From positions 864,001 to 928,000 of the forward strand of contig CAVVPN010000004.1 in assembly GCA_963750165.1 (NCBI GenBank): a DNA stretch of 64,000 nt, written 5' to 3'. This stretch comes from an uncultured Gemmataceae bacterium. Lineage in GTDB: Bacteria; Planctomycetota; Planctomycetia; Gemmatales; Gemmataceae. The position numbers were made by a program, and so were the translations under genes. Of this stretch, positions 19,525 through 30,026 are shown piece after piece (positions within the stretch are counted from its first letter, which is position 1; every line of letters starts with the position of its first letter). The notes under the pieces were generated by a model. The model searched no databases. It was not told the origin of the DNA and saw only the letters and a list, made by a program, of their open reading frames with translations.

Positions 19525-21237
19525 TCACAGCGCCGAGGCTGACGACACGTTCGTGGTGCGCTCGGACAGTTCCGGATGCGCCGGCAGGTCAGCGTGGTCG
19601 TGCCGGCGCCACCACGCGGCGGCGTCGCGTTTGTTCCAGTCGTCGGCGCAGGCACAGGTGGCCAGTGCCTGCTCCAGAGTGTCCGCGTCCTGGAAGCGGT
19701 CGTCGGGGTTCTTGGCCAGACAGCGCTGCACGACGGCCTGCAGATCCTCGGGCAGGTCGGGCCGCAGGTCGGCCAGCGCCGGCGGCGTGTCATGGACGTG
19801 GGCCACCAGCGTCGCCATTGGCGTGTCGCGCTCGAACGGCGGTCGGCCCGTCAGCAGGAAGAATGCCAGGCCGCCCAGGCTGTAGATGTCCGTGCGCGCG
19901 TCCAGATGATCCTTGCCGACCGCCTGCTCCGGCGACATGTACGACGGCGAGCCCAGAATCGTCCCCTGCATCGTCAACTTGTCCGCGCCGCTGTTCAGGC
20001 CGACGCGCTGCACCAGGCCGAAGTCGAGCAACTTGGCCGTGTCGTAGATGCAGCCGCGCACGCTGGCGATGACGTTGCTCGGCTTGATGTCGCGATGGAT
20101 CAGCCCAATCGAGTGCGCCTCGCCCAGCGCCCCGCACAACTGCCGCAAAAAGTACACCGCCCGCCCCGGCGTCAGCGGGCCGTAGGTCTCCACCAAGTCC
20201 TGCAAACTCAGGCCCGGCAGATATTCCATCACATAGTAAAAGGTGCCGTCCGCAGCGTTGCCATAGTCGAAGATTTCGACGGTGTTGGGGTGCGTCAGCG
20301 TTGCCATCGCCCGCACCTCACGTTCAAAGCGATTGAGGTTGGTCCGCTCGCCGGCCTGATCGCTGCGGATCAACTTGATGGCGCAGCGCCGCCGCAGCAG
20401 CACGTGCTCGGCCAGGTACACCTCGCCCATGCCGCCGGCGCCCAGCTTTTCCTTGAGACGGTACTGCCCCAGTTGCCGGGCCGCCTGCGCCTCCTGCTCC
20501 AGCACGCTGATCTTGTACGAGCCGAAGATGGCGATGGCGGCCGCGATCGACAAAATGGTGGTCATGTCGAAGAGGGTTTGCGATGTGAAGCGGCCCAGGT
20601 AGGGACAGGCGGTACACGCCGTCGCGGTCAGCACAATAGGCGCGATCACCAGGAAGGCCACGACCGCGGCGCAGCGCCGCCAGGTATTGGGAATGAAGGT
20701 GCCGTAGACGACGATGAGCATGAACCAGCGGAAGGTGTGGCTGGAGGCGGCCAGGCGCATCACCGCCTCGTAACTTTTGGGCTCGAGGGGGTTGGCCAGC
20801 TCAGTGATGCGGCTGTTGTTGAAGACGACGAACTGCAGCCAGGCGAAGAACACGCCGATGGCGCCGAACAGGACCACTTCCAGGACGCGCAGCATCCCTA
20901 CCGTCAGCCGCAGGTGGCTCCACAGCAGCGTCGCCACCAACACCAGGACGGCCGTGACCAGGCAGTGGACGGCCAGATCGAGCGGTCGGGCGTAGTGGTT
21001 GCTCTCGACGAGGAGGTTGCGGAACAGGAAGGCGGCGCAGCCGCACAGGAAGATGAGCGTGGCGATGCGCAGCCGGCGCCGCAGCAAGTCGCTCAGGTCG
21101 GTGGTGAGACTCTGCACCGACGAGCCCACCAGCACCACCGGCCGGACCCGCGAGACGGCGGACGCGGTCGGTGGCTGGTCAATGGTCGCGGCGGTCGATT
21201 CCCGGAATAGCTGAATCAGCGCGTTCGGCTTGCTCAT
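19525..21237 (-). CDS. Ser/Thr protein kinase with a multi-TM N-terminal sensor
   Basis: About six hydrophobic helices, then LGAGGMGEVY, CAIK, HPNTV, HRDIKPSN, DFGLV, GSPSYMSPEQ. Confidence 0.95.
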   Translation of the reverse strand: MSKPNALIQLFRESTAATIDQPPTASAVSRVRPVVLVGSSVQSLTTDLSDLLRRRLRIATLIFLCGCAAFLFRNLLVESNHYARPLDLAVHCLVTAVLVLVATLLWSHLRLTVGMLRVLEVVLFGAIGVFFAWLQFVVFNNSRITELANPLEPKSYEAVMRLAASSHTFRWFMLIVVYGTFIPNTWRRCAAVVAFLVIAPIVLTATACTACPYLGRFTSQTLFDMTTILSIAAAIAIFGSYKISVLEQEAQAARQLGQYRLKEKLGAGGMGEVYLAEHVLLRRRCAIKLIRSDQAGERTNLNRFEREVRAMATLTHPNTVEIFDYGNAADGTFYYVMEYLPGLSLQDLVETYGPLTPGRAVYFLRQLCGALGEAHSIGLIHRDIKPSNVIASVRGCIYDTAKLLDFGLVQRVGLNSGADKLTMQGTILGSPSYMSPEQAVGKDHLDARTDIYSLGGLAFFLLTGRPPFERDTPMATLVAHVHDTPPALADLRPDLPEDLQAVVQRCLAKNPDDRFQDADTLEQALATCACADDWNKRDAAAWWRRHDHADLPAHPELSERTTNVSSASAL

Positions 21238-21353
21238 GTCGGCCCCTTGAAGCCTGGAGTCCACGGCAACGACGCACCTCCTTGCGCCGCCGTACCCTCA
21301 TCATATACGCAAACGCCCTTCCAGTGCGAGACGGGCTTTCCTTGGTGGCCCCC

Positions 21354-21420
21354 GTAGCTGAACTCGTGAGAGTTCAGACCCCCTTCAAGATTCCGTCCGA
21401 AGTCTCACGACTTCGGCGAC
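21354..21420. repeat. GTAG-type REP-like pair
   Basis: gtagctgaactcgtgagagttcag and inverted ccgaagtctcacgacttcggcgac. Confidence 0.65.
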
Positions 21421-22335
21421 ATCAGCCGCGCAGGCCTGGTCCGCCGCGCACGCCGGCAACGGCGTCAGAAAGCGAAAGACCAGTTCCGCGACCACTTCGG
21501 GGTGGCTCAAGATCGGCCAGTGGCCGGCATTGCGCAGCTCGACGCGCGTGGCGTGCGGCAGGCCCGCCAGCAGCACCTCCTCGCAGGCGCGGTTGACGAG
21601 CGGGTCCAGGTCGCCGCACAGGACCAGCACGGGCTGGCGGATGTGTGGCAGCAGGGGCCGCAGATCAGTGCGGTGCAGCACGAGGGCGCGGCGGGCGACG
21701 GCGGCGATGGGCGGCGACCCCAGGCGTTCAATGAAGTAATCCCAGACATCCGGTGGCCGGTCGGCAAAGGAGGCGTGGTGGGAATGGTGCAGCAGGCGGT
21801 CGCGCCAGGGCAGTTTGCGCATGGCTCCCGGCCAGTAACGAGCCAGGCGGCAGAGCAGTTGTTCCGCCAGGGCCAGTGAGCGCTGGGCAAAGCCGCCCTG
21901 CACGATGGCGCGCGGCAGTCGCTGCGGCTGCCGGGCCAGCGCGGCCAGCACGATGGTCGAGCCGAACGACAGGCCATAGAGAAAACTTTGTCGCGCCCCA
22001 ACGTGGTCGAGCAGGGCGAGGAGGTCGTCCACGTAATTGGCGTGGCGGTACTGGCCGAGGCGGGCGCCGTCGCCGCGACCGCTGGGCAGGTCATAGGCGA
22101 CGCAGCGGAAGTGGTGGCGGAGGTAATACGCGAGCAACACAAAGGAGCGGGCGTCGTCGGACAGACCGGGGACGAAGGCGAGCGTCGGACCGTCACCCCA
22201 GGTGTAGAAGGGGCAGCGGTAGCGGCCGGTATCGCAGACGCCCCAGTGGGCCTCGCGCTCGAAGCGGGCCAGGGCCTCGGCGAGCGCGACCGGGGCGGGC
22301 GCAATGGAAGGCAGGGGGCGGTCGGCAATGCTCAT
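21385..22335 (-). CDS. Alpha/beta fold hydrolase
   Basis: FVPGLSD, YDLP, nucleophile elbow GLSFG, GDLDPLV, AGHWP. Confidence 0.88.
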   Translation of the reverse strand: MSIADRPLPSIAPAPVALAEALARFEREAHWGVCDTGRYRCPFYTWGDGPTLAFVPGLSDDARSFVLLAYYLRHHFRCVAYDLPSGRGDGARLGQYRHANYVDDLLALLDHVGARQSFLYGLSFGSTIVLAALARQPQRLPRAIVQGGFAQRSLALAEQLLCRLARYWPGAMRKLPWRDRLLHHSHHASFADRPPDVWDYFIERLGSPPIAAVARRALVLHRTDLRPLLPHIRQPVLVLCGDLDPLVNRACEEVLLAGLPHATRVELRNAGHWPILSHPEVVAELVFRFLTPLPACAADQACAADVAEVVRLRTES

Positions 22336-22462
22336 GGAAGCATCCTCCTGTTCTATCATCAGTATACAAGGACAGGCAAACCGCTTTGACGGCCGCGCCG
22401 CATCCGGCTACATTGGCGCTGGCTGGACTGAGTGGGAATCGCGGATGGGCAAAGGAGCGATC

Positions 22463-23026
22463 ATGTTGCGCAAGCGCTGCCTGCTGCTGGTGCTGGTCGT
22501 GGTCGGCGTCGTGGGTTGCGGCGGGCAAAGTTCCCCGGATGTGGAGCCGCAGAACGCCAATCAACAACCCAAAGCCGCCGACCGCAAGCGCACCGACCAC
22601 CCCCGGACGGATGGCAAGCCCAGGGTGGAACTGGTCAAGGTGTTTTTCCTGAGACGAGGGCTCCCGCGCCAGCCCATCAAAAGTGTGTTCATCAAGGGCG
22701 ACCTGCCGGTAAAAGACAAGGCGACCGGTCACCAGTTCAAGAACATTCATGCCGTGGAAGGCACGGCGCCGAAGGCGGGCACGTATTTCCTGCTCGCCCA
22801 CCTGACCTTGATGCCAGGAAGTGTTCGGGAGATCGAAGAGGACCTGAGCGACCCCACACGGGGGCCGTTCTTCGACCGCAAACTGCCGACCGGCACCAAA
22901 CTGGCCAACGTCGTCTGGATGGGTACCTGCAAGGCGGATGTGCAGGGCTGGACCGAGGACGAGGCGAACGCCTTGCAAAAGGGGCGTCAGTTCCAGGTGT
23001 ACGAGGCGAGTTACGAGAAGCGCTGA
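22463..23026 (+). CDS. Hypothetical lipoprotein
   Basis: aaggag RBS and lipobox-type signal MLRKRCLLLVLVVVGVVGC. Confidence 0.7.
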   Translation: MLRKRCLLLVLVVVGVVGCGGQSSPDVEPQNANQQPKAADRKRTDHPRTDGKPRVELVKVFFLRRGLPRQPIKSVFIKGDLPVKDKATGHQFKNIHAVEGTAPKAGTYFLLAHLTLMPGSVREIEEDLSDPTRGPFFDRKLPTGTKLANVVWMGTCKADVQGWTEDEANALQKGRQFQVYEASYEKR

Positions 23027-23084
23027 AGGGATCGCTGGCTTCGATTACGTTTCGCGACCCGCCGCCCAATTGTCGGAGGTAATC

Positions 23085-23135
23085 ATGGCGGTTGAAGTTA
23101 CTTATCCGCACCTCGACAAGGTAGCAGGCGGCTGA
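23085..23135 (+). pseudogene. Possible N-terminal remnant of a DUF433 antitoxin gene
   Basis: Strong ggaggt RBS followed by MAVEVTYPHLDKVAGG*; YPH(I/L)xK resembles DUF433 N-termini. Confidence 0.35.
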
Positions 23136-23255
23136 TCGAAACAGCGCGGGAAAATTCCACCCCAACACCGTTTGAGTTGCGCATGCGAGCGCAAGGGGTG
23201 CTGCCGCGCCGTACCTGACCGATTCAAAGGTGCGGGTGCGTCCGCGCTCGCCTGC

Positions 23256-24035
23256 TCACTTTCCTGCGCTGCCAAGCACTCCCCTGGCCTTCCACCTCAC
23301 GTCTCCGGACCAGCCGTTCCGGTCCTTCGCGATGTTCTTCCATTTGAAGCCCGTCGCGGTGCATTCGACGATCACCGTGTCGCGGTGGTTGTTGCCGCCC
23401 GACAGCACGACGCTCGGGGCAGACGCATAGGGGATCGGGAAATGCACGACGGCCCCCTGGCCGATCTGGCTGTAGAACTCGTCCGCTTGCTCGAACACCT
23501 TCGGCGGCAGCGCGGACGGCGGCGCCCGCAGGCCACTGGCCTCCCAGGTAAAGCCCTCGAAGACCAGGTCGGGCTTCAGAGTGCCTCGGAGCGCGGCGAG
23601 CCCGGCGTCGTTGCCGAGCAGTTTTTCCAGCGGGATGGCGTCTTTCGTCGCGTCCGCGCGGTAGTCGTCGGGACGCAGGCGGGCGACCCAGGTGAACCCG
23701 TTTTCCGTCTCCGCGACCACGTCGTAATGCCGTTTACCCGTGATGAACTTCAGGTGCGGCTTCATCAGGTAGGGGTTGGCGTAATGGACGGTGCCCGTGT
23801 AGGCCGGGCCGGGTGAAATCATGTCCTTCTGAACGAGCGGGGCCTCGGCCACCACCACCTGGAGGGCGTTCCCGGACTTGCCGTTGTCGTCCGTCACCAC
23901 GACGCGGATGGCGCCCAGTTCGCCGGCGTTCGGGCGGATGACGTACAGGAAACCGAACCCCAGGGCAAGGGTGGTGGCGACCGCGAGCAAGACGGGTAGC
24001 ACCCAGCCGGCGCGGGCGGGCACGGGATCGGGCAT
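23256..24035 (-). CDS. Membrane-anchored protein with two gp53/H-lectin-like beta repeats
   Basis: N-terminal TM segment; repeats GTVHYANPY..P..TENGFTW and AVVHFPIPYASAP..TATGFKW..VRWKARG. Confidence 0.65.
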   Translation of the reverse strand: MPDPVPARAGWVLPVLLAVATTLALGFGFLYVIRPNAGELGAIRVVVTDDNGKSGNALQVVVAEAPLVQKDMISPGPAYTGTVHYANPYLMKPHLKFITGKRHYDVVAETENGFTWVARLRPDDYRADATKDAIPLEKLLGNDAGLAALRGTLKPDLVFEGFTWEASGLRAPPSALPPKVFEQADEFYSQIGQGAVVHFPIPYASAPSVVLSGGNNHRDTVIVECTATGFKWKNIAKDRNGWSGDVRWKARGVLGSAGK

Positions 24036-24254
24036 GAGGCGCCTCCTTTAGCCGCCGACACGGTGCGATCCGCCGGCGCACCGGTCGGCGGCACAAAGCG
24101 AGCGGTCACGGCCAACAGGGAGTGTAGGGCGATGACCTCTCCCCCGTCAATAGGCGAAGTCGGCGCCTCAGGGCCGTTCGCTGTTTCAAGGTTGGGGGAA
24201 GTGGGGCAGGCTTTCCAGCTTGCCGAGGTGCTACGGCAGGTGCCGCGCGTGCCG

Positions 24255-27200
24255 TCAACCGACCGGCGTCGTGCGGTCGTAGAACTCCGCCGTGGTCAGC
24301 AGGTCCGTGAACATGGTGGCGTCCGGCGTCCCATGCTGGAAGAGGCCAGCCCAGTAACTGAGTTCGGCCGCTGTCGGCGACCGGCTCAGCCAGTTCGTGT
24401 AGACGCCGCCCATCAACTGGTTGATGTACTCGCTCGGCGCCAGCAGAATACTCAGGGCGGTTGCCGCGCGGGCGGCGTCGGTGGTGCCGAGCTGGGCGGC
24501 CCAGCTGCTCTGCTCCGTCGGGCTGGCGGATCGGCCCAGGCCGTATTGATACACCAGGTTCACCCACTGCGTCTTGCTGCTCGCGGCCTTCGTGCCGAAG
24601 AACTCCGTCGAGCCCAGCAGCGCCGCCTTGAACTGCTCCACCGTCGTGCCGCTGTTCAACGCCGTCAGCCAGGCGCTCACCTGGTCGCTGCTGGCGGCGT
24701 GGCCGAGAATCTGCTGGAACGTCGTCTGGATCACGTCCGTTTTGTACTCCGTGCTGTTCACCAGGCCGACCAGGAAGGCGTTGCGCTGCACGGCGAAACC
24801 GTTGAGCACGAAGGTGTCGTGGCCAGCGAGGCCGGCAGCATCGGCCGGGCGATGCAGCACATCCTGGTAGACGCGCTGCACCCAGCTGTTGACGCTGTTG
24901 CCGGCCCGCAGGAAATACTCGGCACTGCTCAGAATCTGGGCCGCCACAATCTGTCGCGGCTGTGTGGCCAATTCGCCGGCGAAGGTGCTCAGCTCGGTCG
25001 CCGTCGGGGAGCGCCCCAGGAAGGTGGTGAAGTAACCGCTGACCAGATCGGCGCGGTACTCCGGCCCCTGCGTAATCAGGTACGCGACATTGGTGAACGT
25101 GGCTGGCTGCGCCGCGTTGAGCAGCGGCAGCAGGCTGCTCAGAGCGCCGGCGTCCGCCGGGCGGCCGAGCAGGCCCTGGAACACGGCGCCCAGCCAGGCC
25201 GTCGGCGTGCCGCCGCTGTGGCTGATACTCTCAGGGCTGCCGATGATGTCCGCCAGCATCCGCTCCACCGAACTGGCCTGCGCCACCGCGTACCAACCAT
25301 TCACGTCGCTCGTCGCCGCCGACCGGCCCAGGTAGGTTGTGAAGGCGCCCTGGATCAGCTGGCCAACGTACTCTTCCGACGTGAGGAAGCTGCTTGCGTC
25401 CGCGGCCAGCGCGGCGGTCAGTGCCGGGGCCATGCCGTTGTACGCATTGACGTAACTCGCCGCGTCCGGCGTGTGGCCCAGCAACGCCACGTAGCTGTTG
25501 TTGATGAAGTTGCCCAGGTCGCTGAATTCGTTGTCCGCCACGTCCGCGACTGCCGTCGGCTGGCCGCCCAGCGTCGCGCCGGTCGGGTTGCTCAGTGTCA
25601 GGTTGATCGTCTTGACCGCCAGGCCCGCGGTGGTGTTGTCGTGCAGCGTGACCTGAACCGTCGCGCTCGTCTGGCCGGGCGCGAAGGTGACGAGGGTGCC
25701 GCCCGCGGCGTAATCTGTGCCCGGTGTCGCGGTGCCGCCGCCGGCGTTTACCGTCACCGTCGTGATGCCGTTGGCCTTGCCGCCGCGCGTCACGCTGACG
25801 GTAACGGCGGGGTCGTTCTCGTAGGCGTAGAAGGTCGGGGCCGCGAACTGCACCGTCGCTGGCCCGACCTCGTAGGCGCCCAGGTCCGGGGCGCCGTCGT
25901 TGCGCGGCCGGTTGTCGCGGTCCACCGTGACGCCCACGTTGGCGCCGGCGTCGATGGCCGGCGAAGTCGCCTGCAAATGGTAGTCCTCGGCGGGGGCGCC
26001 CGGGGACACGAAGAAGACGTTGGCGACCGCCAGGCTCGGGTTGTAGCCGTTGATGTTGCCGCCGCTCATGCTGCCGGGGCCGGAGGTCGTCGTGTTCGGG
26101 GCGGTGTTGGCGGCGAACATGACCCTGGTCAGGTTGACGGTGCTGCCGGCGAACGCCTGCACCGCCCCATTGCTCGTCGGGCTGGCGTTGTTGGCGATGA
26201 TGCTGTACGAGAGATTGGCCGTCGTCGAACCAGTCGGCGTGCCCGTCGCGATCAACAGCAGCGCGTTGCCGTAATACAGGTTCTTGCCGAGGTTGTTGCT
26301 GGCGATGGTTGAGTAGTAGATTGTCGTCGGCTCGCCCTGGATGAACAGGCCGCCGCCGCCGCCGCCCAGCCCGGGGTCGCCGCCGCCAACGAACTCCACG
26401 GTGTTGTCCGCCACCACGGTGTCGATCAGCGTGGCCGTCTGCGGCGCCGCCTGCAGGCGCTCCAGGTACAGGCCGCCGCCGAACGCGCTGCCCGCGTAAG
26501 CGTTGGTGCCGACGCCGCCGCGCGCGTGGTTGCCGATGACGCTGACGCGGTTCAGGGCGATGCTGCCCTCGGTCGCGGCGATGCCGCCGCCGCCGGCGTT
26601 GCCGCCGTTGAGGCCGGTGCCGCCCTGGGCGATGTTGGCCGTCAACGCCGCGTCGGCCAGGTTCAGCGCCGCGCCTTCGACGTAGAAGCCGCCGCCGTAA
26701 CCACCGCCGCCGTAGTTCTTCGACGTACCGCCCAGCGCCAGGTTGCTCGTGGCCGTGACGCCGTCCAGGTTGACGCTGCTCTGCAACTGAAGAGCGGCGG
26801 CGCCGCCCAGGCCGTCGGCGCGTTCTCCGTCGCTGGTCTGGCCGCCGCCGGCGCCGCTGCCGCCGGTCGCGACGTTGCTGGTGAAAACGACGGGCCCGGC
26901 AGAATAGACGTTGGTGTGGTCGGTGTCCAGACCGCCGCCCAGGGCGGCGCCACCGCGCACCGCCCCCTGGCCGCCGCGCGCCTGGTTACCGGTGAACGTC
27001 ACTGTGTCCAGCACGACCGTGGCCGCGTAGCGCACCGCCAGGCCGCCGCCGACGCCGCCGCCGCCGTACGCGCCCGTGGAGTTCTCGCCCATCGCCACGT
27101 TGTTGCGGAAGATCACGTCGCGGAACGTCTGCACCACGGGCTGGTCCTGCTGGTCGCCGAGGTCGATGAAGGCGCCGCCGCCGAAGCCGAAAATGGCGCC

Positions 27201-27734
27201 GTCGCCGGTCTGCTTCGGGTTGCCACGGGCCAGGCCGTTCTGGATCGTGACGTTCTCCAGCGTGACCCCGGCCGCGGCGCCGGTGCTGGTGCCGAGCACC
27301 AGCAGACCGCGGTGCGTGCCCTGGCCGTCCAGGATGGTCGGGTTGGCCGTCGCGTTGGGGGGCTGGCTCCAGTTGGCGGCGTTGTAACCGCCCAGGATCG
27401 TCACCTGCTTGTTGAGCACCACCGCCACGGCGGTGGCGCCGAGGCTGGCGCTGCTCACGTCGGCGGCGGCGTTGTAGGCGTAGGTGCCGGCCGCGACCTC
27501 GATGGTGTCGCCACTGGCCGCCGCCCGGTTCAGCGCGTACTGGATCGAGGCGAAGGGGTTCGCGGCGCCGCCGTGCCCCGCCGCATCGGCGCCACCGGGG
27601 GCGACGAAGTAGACGGCCGGCACCGTGCGGTCTTCCAAACGTTCCAACGTCAGACGGGTCAGCTGGGGACGGGTCAGCTGCGCGGGGCGGGGATGGCGAC
27701 GCCAGAATCCGTTCCAACTACGCAGAAAGGCCAT
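24255..27734 (-). CDS. Large secreted surface protein: beta-helix/GG-rich region, choice-of-anchor-Q-like segment, Calx-beta and DUF4214 repeats
   Basis: LTLERLEDRTVPA leader, GGG-rich beta-helix, DYHLQATSPAIDAG..PDLGAYE, VQFAAPTFYAYE..TPGTDY, and repeated LGR...W...SxEY units. Confidence 0.85.
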   Translation of the reverse strand: MAFLRSWNGFWRRHPRPAQLTRPQLTRLTLERLEDRTVPAVYFVAPGGADAAGHGGAANPFASIQYALNRAAASGDTIEVAAGTYAYNAAADVSSASLGATAVAVVLNKQVTILGGYNAANWSQPPNATANPTILDGQGTHRGLLVLGTSTGAAAGVTLENVTIQNGLARGNPKQTGDGAIFGFGGGAFIDLGDQQDQPVVQTFRDVIFRNNVAMGENSTGAYGGGGVGGGLAVRYAATVVLDTVTFTGNQARGGQGAVRGGAALGGGLDTDHTNVYSAGPVVFTSNVATGGSGAGGGQTSDGERADGLGGAAALQLQSSVNLDGVTATSNLALGGTSKNYGGGGYGGGFYVEGAALNLADAALTANIAQGGTGLNGGNAGGGGIAATEGSIALNRVSVIGNHARGGVGTNAYAGSAFGGGLYLERLQAAPQTATLIDTVVADNTVEFVGGGDPGLGGGGGGLFIQGEPTTIYYSTIASNNLGKNLYYGNALLLIATGTPTGSTTANLSYSIIANNASPTSNGAVQAFAGSTVNLTRVMFAANTAPNTTTSGPGSMSGGNINGYNPSLAVANVFFVSPGAPAEDYHLQATSPAIDAGANVGVTVDRDNRPRNDGAPDLGAYEVGPATVQFAAPTFYAYENDPAVTVSVTRGGKANGITTVTVNAGGGTATPGTDYAAGGTLVTFAPGQTSATVQVTLHDNTTAGLAVKTINLTLSNPTGATLGGQPTAVADVADNEFSDLGNFINNSYVALLGHTPDAASYVNAYNGMAPALTAALAADASSFLTSEEYVGQLIQGAFTTYLGRSAATSDVNGWYAVAQASSVERMLADIIGSPESISHSGGTPTAWLGAVFQGLLGRPADAGALSSLLPLLNAAQPATFTNVAYLITQGPEYRADLVSGYFTTFLGRSPTATELSTFAGELATQPRQIVAAQILSSAEYFLRAGNSVNSWVQRVYQDVLHRPADAAGLAGHDTFVLNGFAVQRNAFLVGLVNSTEYKTDVIQTTFQQILGHAASSDQVSAWLTALNSGTTVEQFKAALLGSTEFFGTKAASSKTQWVNLVYQYGLGRSASPTEQSSWAAQLGTTDAARAATALSILLAPSEYINQLMGGVYTNWLSRSPTAAELSYWAGLFQHGTPDATMFTDLLTTAEFYDRTTPVG

Positions 27735-27772
27735 GAACCAAACTCCTTCGGCGACGAACCGCCAATCCGGTC

Positions 27773-27824
27773 TTTCTGCCGCTTGCGGCTTAGCGCGCTT
27801 CCGCCAAGCCGCAAGCGGCAGAAA
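27773..27824. repeat. REP-like palindrome (GCCGCTTGCGGCTTAGCG family)
   Basis: tttctgccgcttgcggcttagcg / cgccaagccgcaagcggcagaaa. Confidence 0.75.
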
Positions 27825-28388
27825 AGCAGGTTCGCTTGCCGCGCCACCGTGCGTGGCAAGCCCCGGCCGCAACAAAGAACCACGTCCGCTCCGATTGCAC
27901 AAGGCGGTTTTCCCGACCCCCTGCCGGCCTTGCCCAGCTTCCCCAACCCGGGAGCTGACCGCGAAAAAACCAGGAAAAACGCGGTCGCCAGCTCCTCCGT
28001 TCGTGGACGCCCGTATAATCCCCGTGACGAGCGCGAGGGCCACCTGCACGAGTTGGATTTTGTTGCCCCGGTCGCTGGCTCAACCTAAACTTCGGCATGG
28101 AAACAGGTGGACAACACCTCCCCCCTCGACCCCTCTTCAGGGATGTCGAGGCCGCCGGAGGGACTCGGCCCGGCGCTCATCCCAAATGGTGCTGTTCCCT
28201 TCACCCGGGCAGACCGTGCCCGCGCTTGCGTGGCGCGGCGGTTGCCTCGACAATGGCAGTCCCCCCAACGCCATGGTAAAATGATGCTGTCACCACGGAC
28301 GCGGTGGCGTCGGCCGTGTGCCGCCGCGCGAGTGTGTACCGCCCGGCGTCTGCTCCCGGTCGCGCCGCCGGCGCTACAGGAGAGTCCC

Positions 28389-30026
28389 TTGAACCGCTCA
28401 CGTCACCCCTCGCGTTTCTGGCCCGCGGTCGAAGAACTCGAATCCCGGCTGGTGCCGTCCGGCGACCCGACGCCCTACGAGCAGTTGCTGCTGGAGGAAC
28501 TCAACGACGCCCGCGCCAACCCGGCCGCCTACGGGGCCGCGATCGGCCTGAACCTGTCGAGCGTGGCGCCGTCGCAGCCGTTGGCGTTCGACCCGCGCAT
28601 GGTGGCGGCGGCGGAGTATCACTCGCAGGACATGAACGCCAATGCCTACTTCGCGCACACGTCGCCAGACGGCGCCACCCCCGGCGACCGGTTGACCGCC
28701 TACGGCTTTCCCTGGCTGAGCTACGGTGAGAGCATCGCCGCGGGCTACCCGAACACGGCCGCGGCGCTGGAGGGCCTGATTATCGACACCGGTGTGCCGG
28801 ACCTGGGGCACCGCGTCCAGTTACTGGCGATGACCTCCGAATTCCAGAGCCAGCAGGAGGTCGGCATCGGCGTGGTGCTGGGCGGCACCGGGCCGTACCA
28901 GAATTACTTCACGATCGACACGGCGGTGACCAATGACACGCAGCCGTTCCTGACGGGCGTGGTCTTCAACGATGCCAACCACAACGGCAAGTACGACGTG
29001 GGCGAGGGGCTGGGCGGCGTGACGGTGAGCGTGGCGGGCGTCGCCTCGACGACGACCTTCACCGCCGGCGGCTACAGTTTGCAGCTGCCGCCGGGTGCGT
29101 ACCAGGTGACGTTCAGCGGCCCGGGGCTGCCGTCGGCGATCACGCGGGCGGTGGCGCTGGGCACGCAAAACGTGCGGCTGGAGATCACGCCCTCGACGCC
29201 CTCCGTCGAGACGGCGGCGCAGGAAGCCGCCTGGGTGGCGCAGCAGTATCAGACACTGCTGCACCGCGCCGGCAGCCAGGCGGAGATCAACGCCTGGGTG
29301 AACGTGCTGCTGGCCGGCGCGCCGCAGTCCAGCGTAACCGCCGCGTTTCTGGCATCGACGGAGTTCGCCAACGTGAGCGCCGCATGGGTGCGGCAGCAGT
29401 ACACCGATCTGCTGAAGCGTCCGGCGAACGCCACCGAGGTCAACGCCTGGGTGGCCGACATGCAGCAGGGCACGCCGGCGGAGCAGGTGTCGGCCACGAT
29501 TGTGGGCAGCCTGGAGTATCAGCGGTTGCAGTGGGGTCAGTGGGTCACGCAGGCGTATCAACAACTGCTGAAGCGCAATCCAAACGCCAGCGAGGTGACC
29601 AGCTGGACGAACGCCCTGCAGGCCGGCACGACGCGCGCCGCCATGACGGCGGCGATCGCGGCCAGCCCGGAGTACGCCGCGGACCTGGGCGGTGGCGGCC
29701 TCTCAATCTGGCTGTCCGCCGTCTATGGCGATTTGCTGGGCCGCGGCGCCACGGCGAGCGACCTGGCCGCCTGGGGACCGATGTTGCAGGGCGGGGCGTC
29801 GAAGTACAGTGTCGCGCAGTTGATCGCGCAGAGCCCGGAGTTCCTGTCCGACCAGGCGCGGCCATATGTGCAGGGGCTGTATCAGCGACTGCTGGGCCGC
29901 AGCGGCAGCAGCGCCGAGGTATCGGGCTGGGTGAACGCGATGATGGCGGGCCTGACGCCGGAAGTCGTGGCGGTCAACTTCGTGCTCAGCAACGAGTATT
30001 ATCAGCGGGCGCTGCGGAATGCGTGA
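28389..30026 (+). CDS. Secreted CAP/SCP + SdrD-B-like + DUF4214 repeat protein
   Basis: VEELESRLVPS leader; EQLLLEELNDARANP, HSQDM..YFAH, GESIAAG, GHRVQLL; GVVFNDANHNGKYDVGEGLGGV; C-terminal LLxR...W...SxE(F/Y) repeats. Confidence 0.85.
   Translation: MNRSRHPSRFWPAVEELESRLVPSGDPTPYEQLLLEELNDARANPAAYGAAIGLNLSSVAPSQPLAFDPRMVAAAEYHSQDMNANAYFAHTSPDGATPGDRLTAYGFPWLSYGESIAAGYPNTAAALEGLIIDTGVPDLGHRVQLLAMTSEFQSQQEVGIGVVLGGTGPYQNYFTIDTAVTNDTQPFLTGVVFNDANHNGKYDVGEGLGGVTVSVAGVASTTTFTAGGYSLQLPPGAYQVTFSGPGLPSAITRAVALGTQNVRLEITPSTPSVETAAQEAAWVAQQYQTLLHRAGSQAEINAWVNVLLAGAPQSSVTAAFLASTEFANVSAAWVRQQYTDLLKRPANATEVNAWVADMQQGTPAEQVSATIVGSLEYQRLQWGQWVTQAYQQLLKRNPNASEVTSWTNALQAGTTRAAMTAAIAASPEYAADLGGGGLSIWLSAVYGDLLGRGATASDLAAWGPMLQGGASKYSVAQLIAQSPEFLSDQARPYVQGLYQRLLGRSGSSAEVSGWVNAMMAGLTPEVVAVNFVLSNEYYQRALRNA

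Noticed and set aside
27735..28388. Extended N-termini of ORFs 24255-28049 and 28107-30026
   Set aside because: The extensions cross a REP and intergenic DNA; RBS and LExR leaders support starts at 27734 and 28389.
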